Shown here: positions 8,541-16,915 of the stretch, piece by piece
How the letters are laid out: each line of letters begins with the position of its first letter
Numbering within the stretch: position 1 is the stretch's first letter
DNA from: an uncultured Candidatus Poseidoniales archaeon
GTDB lineage: Archaea; Thermoplasmatota; Poseidoniia; Poseidoniales; Thalassarchaeaceae
Direction of reading: 5' to 3'
Assembly: GCA_902625325.1 (NCBI GenBank)
Contig: CACOAW010000002.1
Span: forward strand, 84,347-148,346
Length of the DNA: 64,000 bases
Made by a program: the position numbers and the translations under genes
The notes under the pieces: generated by a model
The model's input: the letters and a program-made list of their open reading frames with translations, nothing else
Databases searched by the model: none
Told to the model about the DNA's origin: nothing

Positions 8541-10256
8541 CTAATCCATCAGAGCCTTTGCCTGCTGTGCCCACATCATCTTCGAAACCCTCCCTGGCAT
8601 CATTCCTAGCGCACCATTCACAGCCTCTGCGGTTTCCGCATCCATTCTGGAGAGTTGGTCATAGGTCCTAATGCCTAGGACTTTCAGTTTCTTCTGAGTC
8701 TCACCATCGACTCCCTTGATCTTAGTCAGATCATCCGACTTCCTGTCTCCAGCCTTACCTATCTGGGCCCATTTTATTTGAGCAGCACTCAGGTCTGCAA
8801 AGACCTCATCGCTCCCATCTTCGATAATGCTCGAAGATGCATTGTCGACCCCCTTCAACTCGAGCATCGTTGTCGCCTGCTTGGTCCAATCCATCTCAAT
8901 GATCTTCCCTGGTAGCATCTCAAGAGCGTCATTCACTTTCCCAGCATTGGTTGAATCCATTCTGGACAATTGCTTGTAGGAGAAAACACCCAAAGAGTTG
9001 AGCTTCCTCTGAGTGAACTCGTCTATCCCGTTAATCAATGTCAGATCGTCAGATAAACTTCCTCCGAACTCACCAATCTTCTCCCAATCTATTGAGGACC
9101 TTCTCTTTCCGACCCTCTCAAGAATCAGCAACTCCCTCTTCTCATCCTCTACCTCCGAAGTGATTCCCTGTACGTCCTTACCGGCGATCTCTGCCTTCAG
9201 GATTGCATCTGCCAGCTTCCTCTTTGCAGCTGAGGCTTCGGCCCTTGCCTCCTTTGCCTCCTCCTCTTCCATCTCTGCGATTAATCGGGCCTCCTCGGCC
9301 TCGGCCTCCTCTACCTCGGCCTTCTTGGTTGCCTCCTCGACCTCTGCTCTGGCTTTCACAACCTCTTGCTCAGCCTTCTGAACCGCCTCGCTCGCCTCCA
9401 TCGACTGGAGCTCTCTTTCGATTTCCTCCTCTTCCTTCTCCAGAACTAACTCTTCTAGCCGAGCTTCTTCCCTTGAGGCTTCCAGCTTCTCTTTCTTCTT
9501 AGCCATCCGTGCTTCCAGCTTCTTCATCTCGGCCTCGAGCTGCTCGATTTCTTCTTCTGAATCGCCCTCGACCTCGAGATCAGTCTCGTCCCCTGTGAAA
9601 CTCACTTCCTTCGATACTTCCTCCTGTACCTCAACCTTCTGCCCCTCGCTCGGCCTGCTAACAAATCCGTCCATGAGTTCGGATACAACTTCCTGAATAA
9701 CACTCAATGAATCCTTCATCCTATGTCCGTCATCTGTCTCGTAAAGAGTGACGTTCTCGCAGGATTCTTCGACCTTGCGCGAATAGCTAATGGGAACGAC
9801 CTCATCGAACCTTCCATGCAATATAGCGGTGGAGTGGGCAGGAATTGGCCACGACATCCTTTCTGCGGATTCCATAAATTCCCATGGAAGAACGATGTCT
9901 AATTCGAAACCAGTGTACCGCCTCTCTCCTGTGGTTTTCCAAGCACTCCTACCCGTTTCTCCCATCCCTTCCCAGTTCTCTGCAAGTCCGAATGCAGGGG
10001 CTATCAACAGTAGCCTGATGTCCTCGTTAGGCCTCATTGACGACGCGTTAGCCGCAGCCAGTCCGCCCATGGAAGAACCGACGACCAAGTCATACTCTCC
10101 TTCGTCCAAGTGTTTGATCAGAAGCTCCGTTTGACTCGCTATGCTCCATCCTAGCTCAGACATCTTCGGTGCCGTAACCTCCCATCCAAAGGCCTCCCTC
10201 ATGTAGGTGGGCTTGGATCCGGTTGGACTACCTTCGAATCCATGTGCGAAAAGCAC
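8541..10256 (-). CDS. Alpha/beta-hydrolase (YqiA-like esterase) fused to an E/K/A-rich coiled coil and two C-terminal COG3743-type HhH/H3TH modules
   Basis: The N-terminus has the 'GSSMGG' nucleophile elbow and candidate Asp ('HGRFDEVVP') and His ('DDGHRM'). The central ~175 aa are heptad-like and E/K/A-rich. Two ~75-aa modules follow, each of the form 'DDLT.I.G.D..TQ(R/K)KL..LG....(K/D)QLSRMD....A..VN.AL.M.PG....M.W..QA'. Confidence 0.6.
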   Translation of the reverse strand: MLFAHGFEGSPTGSKPTYMREAFGWEVTAPKMSELGWSIASQTELLIKHLDEGEYDLVVGSSMGGLAAANASSMRPNEDIRLLLIAPAFGLAENWEGMGETGRSAWKTTGERRYTGFELDIVLPWEFMESAERMSWPIPAHSTAILHGRFDEVVPISYSRKVEESCENVTLYETDDGHRMKDSLSVIQEVVSELMDGFVSRPSEGQKVEVQEEVSKEVSFTGDETDLEVEGDSEEEIEQLEAEMKKLEARMAKKKEKLEASREEARLEELVLEKEEEEIERELQSMEASEAVQKAEQEVVKARAEVEEATKKAEVEEAEAEEARLIAEMEEEEAKEARAEASAAKRKLADAILKAEIAGKDVQGITSEVEDEKRELLILERVGKRRSSIDWEKIGEFGGSLSDDLTLINGIDEFTQRKLNSLGVFSYKQLSRMDSTNAGKVNDALEMLPGKIIEMDWTKQATTMLELKGVDNASSSIIEDGSDEVFADLSAAQIKWAQIGKAGDRKSDDLTKIKGVDGETQKKLKVLGIRTYDQLSRMDAETAEAVNGALGMMPGRVSKMMWAQQAKALMD

Positions 10257-10264
10257 CCGCAGGA

Positions 10265-10702
10265 CTAGCCCTCCAAATCACAGAATGAGAGCCCGAAGAA
10301 ATCGCTCTCTGTGGCCTTTCTTACCATGGTTGTATCTCCCTCGTCCAATATCCTCATGTGAATCTCTGCAGTAACCTCGACGGTTGCCTCGAAGAGGTGA
10401 CCGCCCCTGACAGCATGACCGTCATCTGAGGCTACAATGTGGATGTGAGTGAAAGCCCCATCTGGGCCGGGAGCCAGGTTGCCCTGCATCGAAAGTAATT
10501 CCATCGGCTCCTCAATCTTCATCTTCTGATAAATTCCGTCAGAGTCAAGGAACCCTATTTCTGTCCCCCTGACCCTCCCTATTCCGCTGGTAATTGCTGC
10601 AGTGCTAATTCCATGATTGCTCAGACTCCTAATGGCATCATGTAACCCCTCTCCCTTGTCCAGCCTTATGATCAGGTCACGACCAAATCGTCTAAACTCC
10701 AT
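10265..10702 (-). CDS. PPC/DUF296-domain protein (PD1-like DNA-binding fold)
   Basis: 145 aa. 'GRDLIIRLDKGEGLHDAIRSL....GISTAAITSGIGRV....IGFLD' together with 'HIHIVASDDGHAVRGGHL' matches the PPC (DUF296) pattern from memory. Confidence 0.55.
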   Translation of the reverse strand: MEFRRFGRDLIIRLDKGEGLHDAIRSLSNHGISTAAITSGIGRVRGTEIGFLDSDGIYQKMKIEEPMELLSMQGNLAPGPDGAFTHIHIVASDDGHAVRGGHLFEATVEVTAEIHMRILDEGDTTMVRKATESDFFGLSFCDLEG

Positions 10703-10822
10703 GCTTGTCGATTAGGGTTCTAGACTTCAATATCACCATATCTAAATCAGTCTGGAGGACTCGCATTCTAACTTGCAGTAGAAGTAAAAAAAACTCAGAA
10801 AAGCATCCTGAAGGAGTTTCAT

Positions 10823-10845
10823 TTCTCCACTGGAAGTAGGGGGGT
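10823..10845 (+). promoter_or_regulatory. Single ORB-like (origin recognition box-like) element in the mcm upstream intergenic region
   Basis: TTCTCCACTGGAAGTAGGGGGGT contains the dyad TCCA-C-TGGA followed by a G6 string. This resembles the archaeal ORB consensus (TTCCAGTGGAAA...GGGG) as I recall it. An A8 tract lies ~35 nt upstream. Only one copy was seen. Confidence 0.3.
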
Positions 10846-10911
10846 TGGAAAAAGCAACCATACTGTTCATAGGCCGTGCCCGCAGAGTAGCAAAGCCCGG
10901 CGGAATGAAAC

Positions 10912-13098
10912 ATGACAATAGCGATTCATGATTCCCATTCTAGATGGAGAACATTCCTTGAGGACGCAAAGGAAGATGAGATAACATCAATCCTTGCCAG
11001 ACAACTTACAAACCCGGTAATGGAGATTTCTTTCCATGAACTCGAATCCTTTGATCCAGATTTCGCAGAATCAATAATCGAACATCCAGAAACAATCCTA
11101 AAATCAGGCTCTCATGTTCTGAGAGAAATTTGTCAGGAAAGAGGAGAATCAATATTTGTTGATATCAGATTGATAGAACTTCCACGAGATAGAAGAGTCG
11201 CCTTACGAGACGTTGGAAGAGATCAGATAGGAATGCTATGTAGCACTGAGGCAGTTATCACAAAGATATCCGAAATTAAACCCCGCATCCACCTCGCTAA
11301 ATTTAAGTGCGAATCCTGTGATTTTATTCAAGAGATAGAACAGAACAACGAGAGAGAACTCAAGATTCCAGTAGTCTGTCCACAAGCGACAGGTGGTTGC
11401 GGGTCGTCTACAAAGAGTGAGGGAGTTAGATTTGAACTTCAAATGGATCAATCCAGACTTGTAAATAATCAATGGATGGAGATTCAAGAACTTCCAGAGC
11501 AGGTTCCAAGCGGTGCACAGCCAGGCCGAGGCCTCCTACTGATTGAAGGTGACCAAGTAAACAAGCACCTACCAGGAGAGCGTGTTACAGCCAATGTAAT
11601 TCCAACCGTAAGATCCGAGGTGAAGAAGGGCAAGAAAACCCCCTTGTTCGATATAATTTACCAGCTTGTTAGCTCCGAGCAAGAAAGTACACCCTTCAAC
11701 GAGATTTCCATCGATGAAGAAGACATCGAGATTATTCTCTCCATTTCTAAACGTGAAGATTTACTAACACTGATGAGGGATTCAATTGCTCCTGGTATTT
11801 TCTCCGTAGGGCAAATTCCTCTCGTAAAGCGATCACTAGCTCTCCAATTGTTTGGTGGAGTTGCTAGAATTAACCCCGACAGAACTAGACTTAGGGGAGA
11901 TATTCATATTCTAATTATGGGAGATCCAGGAGTTGCAAAATCTCAGTTATTGCAGTACATGTCAAAGATTTCTCCCAGAGGTAAATTGGCATCCGGTGGG
12001 GGCGTTTCAGGTGCCGGACTCACTGCAGCAGCCGTAAAGGATGCATTCAGTGACGGACGGTTTGCATTAGAGGCTGGAATTCTACCTCTCTCAGACAGAG
12101 GTTTGGCGGCTGTTGACGAGTTCGATAAGATTTCAACAGATGATAGAAAAACCATGCATCCTGCAATGGAGCAACAACAGATCTACGTAGCAAAGGGCGG
12201 CATTACTGCCACGCTTCCTGCAAGATGCTCTGTTCTAGCGGCAGCAAATCCGAAGAAGGGACGATTTTCTACCCAATCAAATAGAACAAGATCGATTATG
12301 AAACACTACAAGGAAACAGACTTACCAGACGCTCTAGCCTCCAGATTCGATATAATTTGGATGCTTCAGGACGAAGCCAGGGTAGAGGATGACGAAAGGA
12401 TTGCCAAGCATATTCTTAGTACTAGAGCCAAAGCAGTAAGCGAGGCATTAATTGAGGAAGGACAGGAATTGAGCCCCTCTCTAGAACAGGAAGAAATGGT
12501 TATTGCTAGGGGCGTGGACAACAAGGAGTATCTCACAATTCCGTTTCTTAGAAAGTATATTGCTTACGCTAAGAGAAATATCCACCCTAATTTAGACGAT
12601 CAAGCTTCAACAAAGATCTGGGAATATTACAGAGACGCCCGACTTTCGTCTGCAACTGATGATAGGAATATGATGAATAGAGACGACAATATCAACGATG
12701 AGAAAGTAATTTCAGTAACTGCTAGAGCGTTAGAGTCTCTGATTAGGTTGACAGAAGCGCATTCTAGGATGCACCTGAGGCAAACAGCAACGACTGAGGA
12801 TGCCGATATGGCCATTGCGATTTACAAACATTGGAGAAATGAAGCCAACATCTTAGATGAAGCAGAAATGCACTCAAACGTGTCCACGAGGAATCGAAGG
12901 GACAGGGGAGCAGTAAGGGGAATAATCCGAAACTTATGTTCCGAGAGCCCAAATGGAATAACTCCTCTAGTTGACATCTATAATGACGCAGCGAAAATGA
13001 ACATAACTGAAGAATTCGTAAACGATGTTCTCGAAAAGATGACAATAAGCGGGGAATTGTTTTGTCCTGGATTGGATAAATACAGTTTTGTCCGCTGA
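10912..13098 (+). CDS. mcm: MCM replicative helicase
   Basis: Zn motif 'CESCDF....VVCPQATGGC', Walker A 'IMGDPGVAKSQLL', Walker B 'AAVDEFDK', the arginine-finger region 'SRFDIIW', and a C-terminal winged-helix-like tail. At 728 aa with no interruption of the motifs, there is no intein. Confidence 0.95.
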   Translation: MTIAIHDSHSRWRTFLEDAKEDEITSILARQLTNPVMEISFHELESFDPDFAESIIEHPETILKSGSHVLREICQERGESIFVDIRLIELPRDRRVALRDVGRDQIGMLCSTEAVITKISEIKPRIHLAKFKCESCDFIQEIEQNNERELKIPVVCPQATGGCGSSTKSEGVRFELQMDQSRLVNNQWMEIQELPEQVPSGAQPGRGLLLIEGDQVNKHLPGERVTANVIPTVRSEVKKGKKTPLFDIIYQLVSSEQESTPFNEISIDEEDIEIILSISKREDLLTLMRDSIAPGIFSVGQIPLVKRSLALQLFGGVARINPDRTRLRGDIHILIMGDPGVAKSQLLQYMSKISPRGKLASGGGVSGAGLTAAAVKDAFSDGRFALEAGILPLSDRGLAAVDEFDKISTDDRKTMHPAMEQQQIYVAKGGITATLPARCSVLAAANPKKGRFSTQSNRTRSIMKHYKETDLPDALASRFDIIWMLQDEARVEDDERIAKHILSTRAKAVSEALIEEGQELSPSLEQEEMVIARGVDNKEYLTIPFLRKYIAYAKRNIHPNLDDQASTKIWEYYRDARLSSATDDRNMMNRDDNINDEKVISVTARALESLIRLTEAHSRMHLRQTATTEDADMAIAIYKHWRNEANILDEAEMHSNVSTRNRRDRGAVRGIIRNLCSESPNGITPLVDIYNDAAKMNITEEFVNDVLEKMTISGELFCPGLDKYSFVR

Positions 13099-13102
13099 GC
13101 CT

Positions 13103-15163
13103 ATGAGTCCATTCCCCTTCCAGGTATCCAAGATGGAGCCAATAGGGGACGTAACGAATCCCGAAGATCTTGATTCAGTAGCTCTTGGATTCATGTGCGG
13201 GCTGGAGATTCATCAGCAGTTGGCTACCGACAAATTACACTCTAGAATGCCAAGCGAACTTTTCGACTACAAGTCCGAGGACATCCCTCATCACTGGCCG
13301 CGCTCCACAAGAAGGCTCCGAGCCTCTCAGGGAGAAGGAGGGAGTACAGATGTAGCCGCTAGATTCGAGCAAAGGAGGAATCGGACATTCGAGTATGTCC
13401 AATCTCCCAATGCCAGTCTCATCGAGTTGGACGAGTCGCCACCAAGAAACCATGACTCTGAGGCAGTAGATGTTGTTCTCACTATGGCCGCTCAAATGGG
13501 TGCAAAACCAATCCCAAACCTGCAAGCGATGAGGAAGACGGTAGTGGATGGCTCCAACACCAGTGGTTTCCAGAGAACAACGATTGTGGCTACTGATGGA
13601 CAAATAGAGGCCGGCTCTAGCCTGGTTGGAATCGACTTGATTTCGTTGGAGGAAGACTCTGCTCGGAAGCTCGAGACCAAGAGGAGCGATGTCGGAGAAA
13701 CTGTAGTGTACAATCTAGACAGGCTGGGCGTCCCTCTAGTGGAAGTCGCTACTGCTCCAGATGTCCGTACTCCGGAGCATGCAAAGGAGACCGCATTGGC
13801 ACTGGGCCGCCTGCTTCGTGATACTCGCAGGGTCAGGAGGGGGCTAGGGTCAATCAGACAAGACCTCAATGTCAGCATCTCTTGTGGAGATAGGGTCGAG
13901 ATCAAAGGATGTCAGGACCTAGACTGGATTCCGAGAATAATTCGATTAGAGATGGCTCGCCAACTCCATTTCTACCGTCTGGCAAATGAACTGAGAAGCG
14001 AGTTCTCCCTCCCTCCCCTTCCTCCGGATAGGGGATCTGACTCGATGCCAGTGGAGAATAGGGTAGAACTTGCCACGAAGAAGAGAATACCCTACTCTAC
14101 TTACGATGTGACAGAATTCTTCACAGAATGTGACTCAGACATGGTACAATCGTCCTTGCAGAATGGCTATTGTATCCTCGGAATATCCCTTCCAGGATTC
14201 TCAGGAAAGATCGGAAGGAAGACCACGGACGAAAAAGGCTCACAGTTGCCAAGATTGGGAAGGGAGCTAGCCAGTGCCGCCAAGCTTGCTGGGGTATCGG
14301 GAATCTTCCATTCTGACGAACTCCCCGCATACGGGATTTCTCAAACTGAGGTCAACTCGGTCAGGAGTCAACTGTCTCTTTCAGAAGACGACGCATTCGT
14401 TCTATGCATGGCTCCAAAATGGCAGTCCGAACTGGCATTAGAGGCAGTCGTTGACAGGGCACGACTGGCCTTCCACAGGATACCCAGAGAGGTGAGGAAC
14501 GTAGTGGTACGGAAGGGGAAGCCGGAAGATGGAACGACAACGGCCCTAAGGCCTCTCCCAGGAGGCGCTAGGATGTATCCCGAGACAGACATACCAGTTC
14601 TGGAAATCTCACCAGAGAGATGGGATTACATTTGCAAAAACCTTCCACTCTCCGCACAGGAAAGGAAGAATAGACTGTCAGGTCTGGGGCTATCTGAAAA
14701 TCAGGAAGAGGCGTTGCTGAACGGGGAAATCGATGACCTGCTATTTGAGGGAATCGAGGGCCCCCTTAAACTTCCAGCCAAGGCGTGGGCTAGCGCGCTT
14801 CTAGAGACTGGCACCTCCAAACCAAACTCCCTAGCTGCGTCCGTTCACCTTCGAGCGGAGGGCCTCCTGACAAGAGAGGGAGCGGAGACCCTCCTAATGG
14901 AATCAGTAGAGGGTCCAATTGAGAGAATGGTGGACTTCATGTCGTCGGAAGCCGAATCACGAGGCTTCGTTCCGGCCGATGAGTCATCTGTTGAGGATGC
15001 AGTGACCGAGGTCCTTAGCAATCGCTCCGACTTTGTAAAAGAAAAGGGAATGGGAGCAGTCGGACCACTTATGGGGATGGTGATGCAGAATCTAGGCGGT
15101 TCTGCGGATGGGAAACTTGTAAGCAAGATTCTCAGGGATAGGATTTCCGAGATGATTGAATAA
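13103..15163 (+). CDS. gatE: Glutamyl-tRNA(Gln) amidotransferase subunit E
   Basis: 'GLEIHQQL' lies near the N-terminus, followed by 'NLDRLGVPLVEVATAPD', 'GLGSIRQDLNVSI', and a GatB/YqeY-like C-terminal tail. The ATG at 13103 is 5 nt after the mcm stop. The TTG at 13088 and the ATG at 13133 are alternative starts. Confidence 0.9.
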   Translation: MSPFPFQVSKMEPIGDVTNPEDLDSVALGFMCGLEIHQQLATDKLHSRMPSELFDYKSEDIPHHWPRSTRRLRASQGEGGSTDVAARFEQRRNRTFEYVQSPNASLIELDESPPRNHDSEAVDVVLTMAAQMGAKPIPNLQAMRKTVVDGSNTSGFQRTTIVATDGQIEAGSSLVGIDLISLEEDSARKLETKRSDVGETVVYNLDRLGVPLVEVATAPDVRTPEHAKETALALGRLLRDTRRVRRGLGSIRQDLNVSISCGDRVEIKGCQDLDWIPRIIRLEMARQLHFYRLANELRSEFSLPPLPPDRGSDSMPVENRVELATKKRIPYSTYDVTEFFTECDSDMVQSSLQNGYCILGISLPGFSGKIGRKTTDEKGSQLPRLGRELASAAKLAGVSGIFHSDELPAYGISQTEVNSVRSQLSLSEDDAFVLCMAPKWQSELALEAVVDRARLAFHRIPREVRNVVVRKGKPEDGTTTALRPLPGGARMYPETDIPVLEISPERWDYICKNLPLSAQERKNRLSGLGLSENQEEALLNGEIDDLLFEGIEGPLKLPAKAWASALLETGTSKPNSLAASVHLRAEGLLTREGAETLLMESVEGPIERMVDFMSSEAESRGFVPADESSVEDAVTEVLSNRSDFVKEKGMGAVGPLMGMVMQNLGGSADGKLVSKILRDRISEMIE

Positions 15164-15176
15164 TAATCTGACTCCT

Positions 15177-15185
15177 TTAAATTAT
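15177..15185 (+). promoter_or_regulatory. TATA-box-like element upstream of 15233 gene
   Basis: TTTAAATTA lies ~50 nt upstream of the ATG, in an AT-rich spacer after the gatE stop. Confidence 0.3.
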
Positions 15186-15232
15186 GATTAGACAACTATC
15201 TTCATAGACTGAACCTATCAAGGACAAACTCC

Positions 15233-15784
15233 ATGTCTGATTGGTTGAAACCCGCTTCCGTTATAGCCCTAGTAGCACTTTTACTTCTAGCCCCGTCCAT
15301 ACAAGACAGACTAGCGGAAGAGTCGACAAGATATATCGAAGACAACGAGTCTTCCCACCACGGACTTCCATCAGAATGGGATGAGCAGCAAGTCCTCTGT
15401 GTCTATTTCCCATCGAACTCTCCGCATTCTGAATTCAACCTTGGAGTGACCATGATTGGTCCAGACGGTGAAGAGATTGGAACGAATGAGAATCTGAATA
15501 GGACCGGTGCGTGTGTCGGAGGATTTGAGGGGTACTCAAATGGATTAGACTTCATGATGGACTCAACTAGAATGGCCAATGGCCTACTATCAGTAGGATA
15601 CGAAGTCGGGCAATGGGGAGCGTTTGTTCACACGATTGGCGGGCTGAACCCGGACTCTTTGACTGGGGACTTCAATGGAGCATATTGGCACCTAGATCAC
15701 AATGGAGCTTCCTCAATGGTAGGTATAGGGGACCTGGTAATGTCCGAAGGAGATGTCATCGAATGGAGTATTGGGACATGGTAA
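15233..15784 (+). CDS. Secreted or membrane-anchored DUF4430-like (transcobalamin-C-terminal-like) protein
   Basis: There is an N-terminal hydrophobic segment 'ASVIALVALLLLAP'. The C-terminus 'GAFVHTIGGL......GAYWHLDHNGASSMVGIGDLVMSEGDVIEWSIGTW' resembles the DUF4430 pattern from memory. Confidence 0.45.
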   Translation: MSDWLKPASVIALVALLLLAPSIQDRLAEESTRYIEDNESSHHGLPSEWDEQQVLCVYFPSNSPHSEFNLGVTMIGPDGEEIGTNENLNRTGACVGGFEGYSNGLDFMMDSTRMANGLLSVGYEVGQWGAFVHTIGGLNPDSLTGDFNGAYWHLDHNGASSMVGIGDLVMSEGDVIEWSIGTW

Positions 15785-15837
15785 CTCTTGAGGAACTATG
15801 AAGAGGTGGGGTTGAGACAGAGGCTCGGGGCGGTACT

Positions 15838-16491
15838 TTGTACGACTTTCACAACGTCTATCTCACTCCGATTCAAACTCTCGCTCTGAATGTCATAGTG
15901 CTCTCTATAATCGTGCTCTCCCTAATCAGGAGCGAACGATCTCTTAGGGACCAGAGCCAATGGGGGATGCTAATCCTCCTCGCTATATTCGGAGTATCTG
16001 GAAGGATACTCATGGAACCCATTCCGAACGTTCAACCGGTCACGGTACTCGTTCTTTTGACTGGAGTGTACTTCGGAGCTTCACGGGCTCTCGCCCTAGC
16101 AGCAATCGTAGCTCTCACCTCTAATGTGATTTTCATGGGACACGGACCCTGGACGATCTTCCAAGTCGTCGGGTGGGGAGCAATAGGAATATCCGGCTCC
16201 CTTCTCTCCGACAAGCTAGTTGTCAATGAAAGACTCAGGCTAAACCGTCTCGCATTCGTGGCAGCAGCATCGGGAGTCGCTTTCAACTGGTTCGTATCCC
16301 TTAGCATCCTTCTCGATACAGGACTCTCGATGCTCGTCCCGTATCTCCTGAATGGTCTGGTTTTCGACCTTTATCACGCATTCGGAAATATACTCTTCGT
16401 CGCATGGATGGCCACTCCACTGGGAGACATAATGTCACGGCATCGGTCTTCTCAGTCAATAGAAGCGGTGAGAGACGGTGTCGCCAACTGA
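15838..16491 (+). CDS. Six-TM membrane protein, ECF-transporter S-component-like
   Basis: TTG start, ~6 hydrophobic helices, and an 'EPIPNVQPVTVLVLLTGVYFG' motif similar to S-component/DUF6580-type proteins. It sits directly after the DUF4430-like gene. Confidence 0.4.
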   Translation: MYDFHNVYLTPIQTLALNVIVLSIIVLSLIRSERSLRDQSQWGMLILLAIFGVSGRILMEPIPNVQPVTVLVLLTGVYFGASRALALAAIVALTSNVIFMGHGPWTIFQVVGWGAIGISGSLLSDKLVVNERLRLNRLAFVAAASGVAFNWFVSLSILLDTGLSMLVPYLLNGLVFDLYHAFGNILFVAWMATPLGDIMSRHRSSQSIEAVRDGVAN

Positions 16492-16501
16492 CGAATTAAC
16501 A

Positions 16502-16846
16502 ATGGTCCTTGTTACCAGGCAGGACTTGCAACTATCCAAGGGAAAACTAGCCGCACAATGTGCGCACGCATCCGCAGAGTGTGTCCTTTCTGCTAAGAGG
16601 AGCGACCCCCGGGGTCTGGATCAGTATCTAAGAAGAGGGGCTAGAAAGATCGTGTGCAAGGTCCCCGATTTGGTTTCGCTGCGGCAAGTCCACTCGAGGG
16701 CTAAGAAGGCGGGATTGGTATGCCAACTAGTCACTGATGCAGGGCATACGGAAATCCCTCCCGGAACTGAGACGGTGGTTGGGATAGGGCCAGGACCGAG
16801 GGGCGAGATAGACAAGATTACTGGACAACTATCCCTAGTTGGTTGA
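16502..16846 (+). CDS. pth2: Peptidyl-tRNA hydrolase, archaeal/eukaryotic type (Pth2)
   Basis: 'MVLVTRQDLQLSKGKLAAQCAHAS' and 'TDAGHTEIPPGTETVVGIGP' are classic PTH2 motifs. The ATG at 16502 follows the upstream stop at 16489-16491. Confidence 0.9.
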   Translation: MVLVTRQDLQLSKGKLAAQCAHASAECVLSAKRSDPRGLDQYLRRGARKIVCKVPDLVSLRQVHSRAKKAGLVCQLVTDAGHTEIPPGTETVVGIGPGPRGEIDKITGQLSLVG

Positions 16847-16915
16847 CTCGGGTTTTGGTCCCCCTGTCCAGAACTTGGTAAGAAGAGTCTTGAATCTAGT
16901 CCCTCTGCGAGGTGT

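Noticed and set aside
9013-9502. Plus-strand ORFs (122 aa and 99 aa) inside the 8541-10256 gene
   Set aside because: They lie antisense to the E/K/A coiled-coil region. Their translations are S/P/L/A low-complexity mirror images of the GAA/GAG/AAG-rich sense strand, so they are shadow ORFs.
10692-10913. 73-aa minus-strand ORF filling the mcm upstream intergenic region
   Set aside because: It has no motifs and odd composition, and it spans what looks like a divergent promoter or regulatory region.
10912-13098. Possible intein in MCM
   Set aside because: The Walker A, Walker B and arginine-finger regions are contiguous at normal spacing, and the protein length (728 aa) is ordinary. I saw no Cys/Ser...His-Asn splice-junction block.
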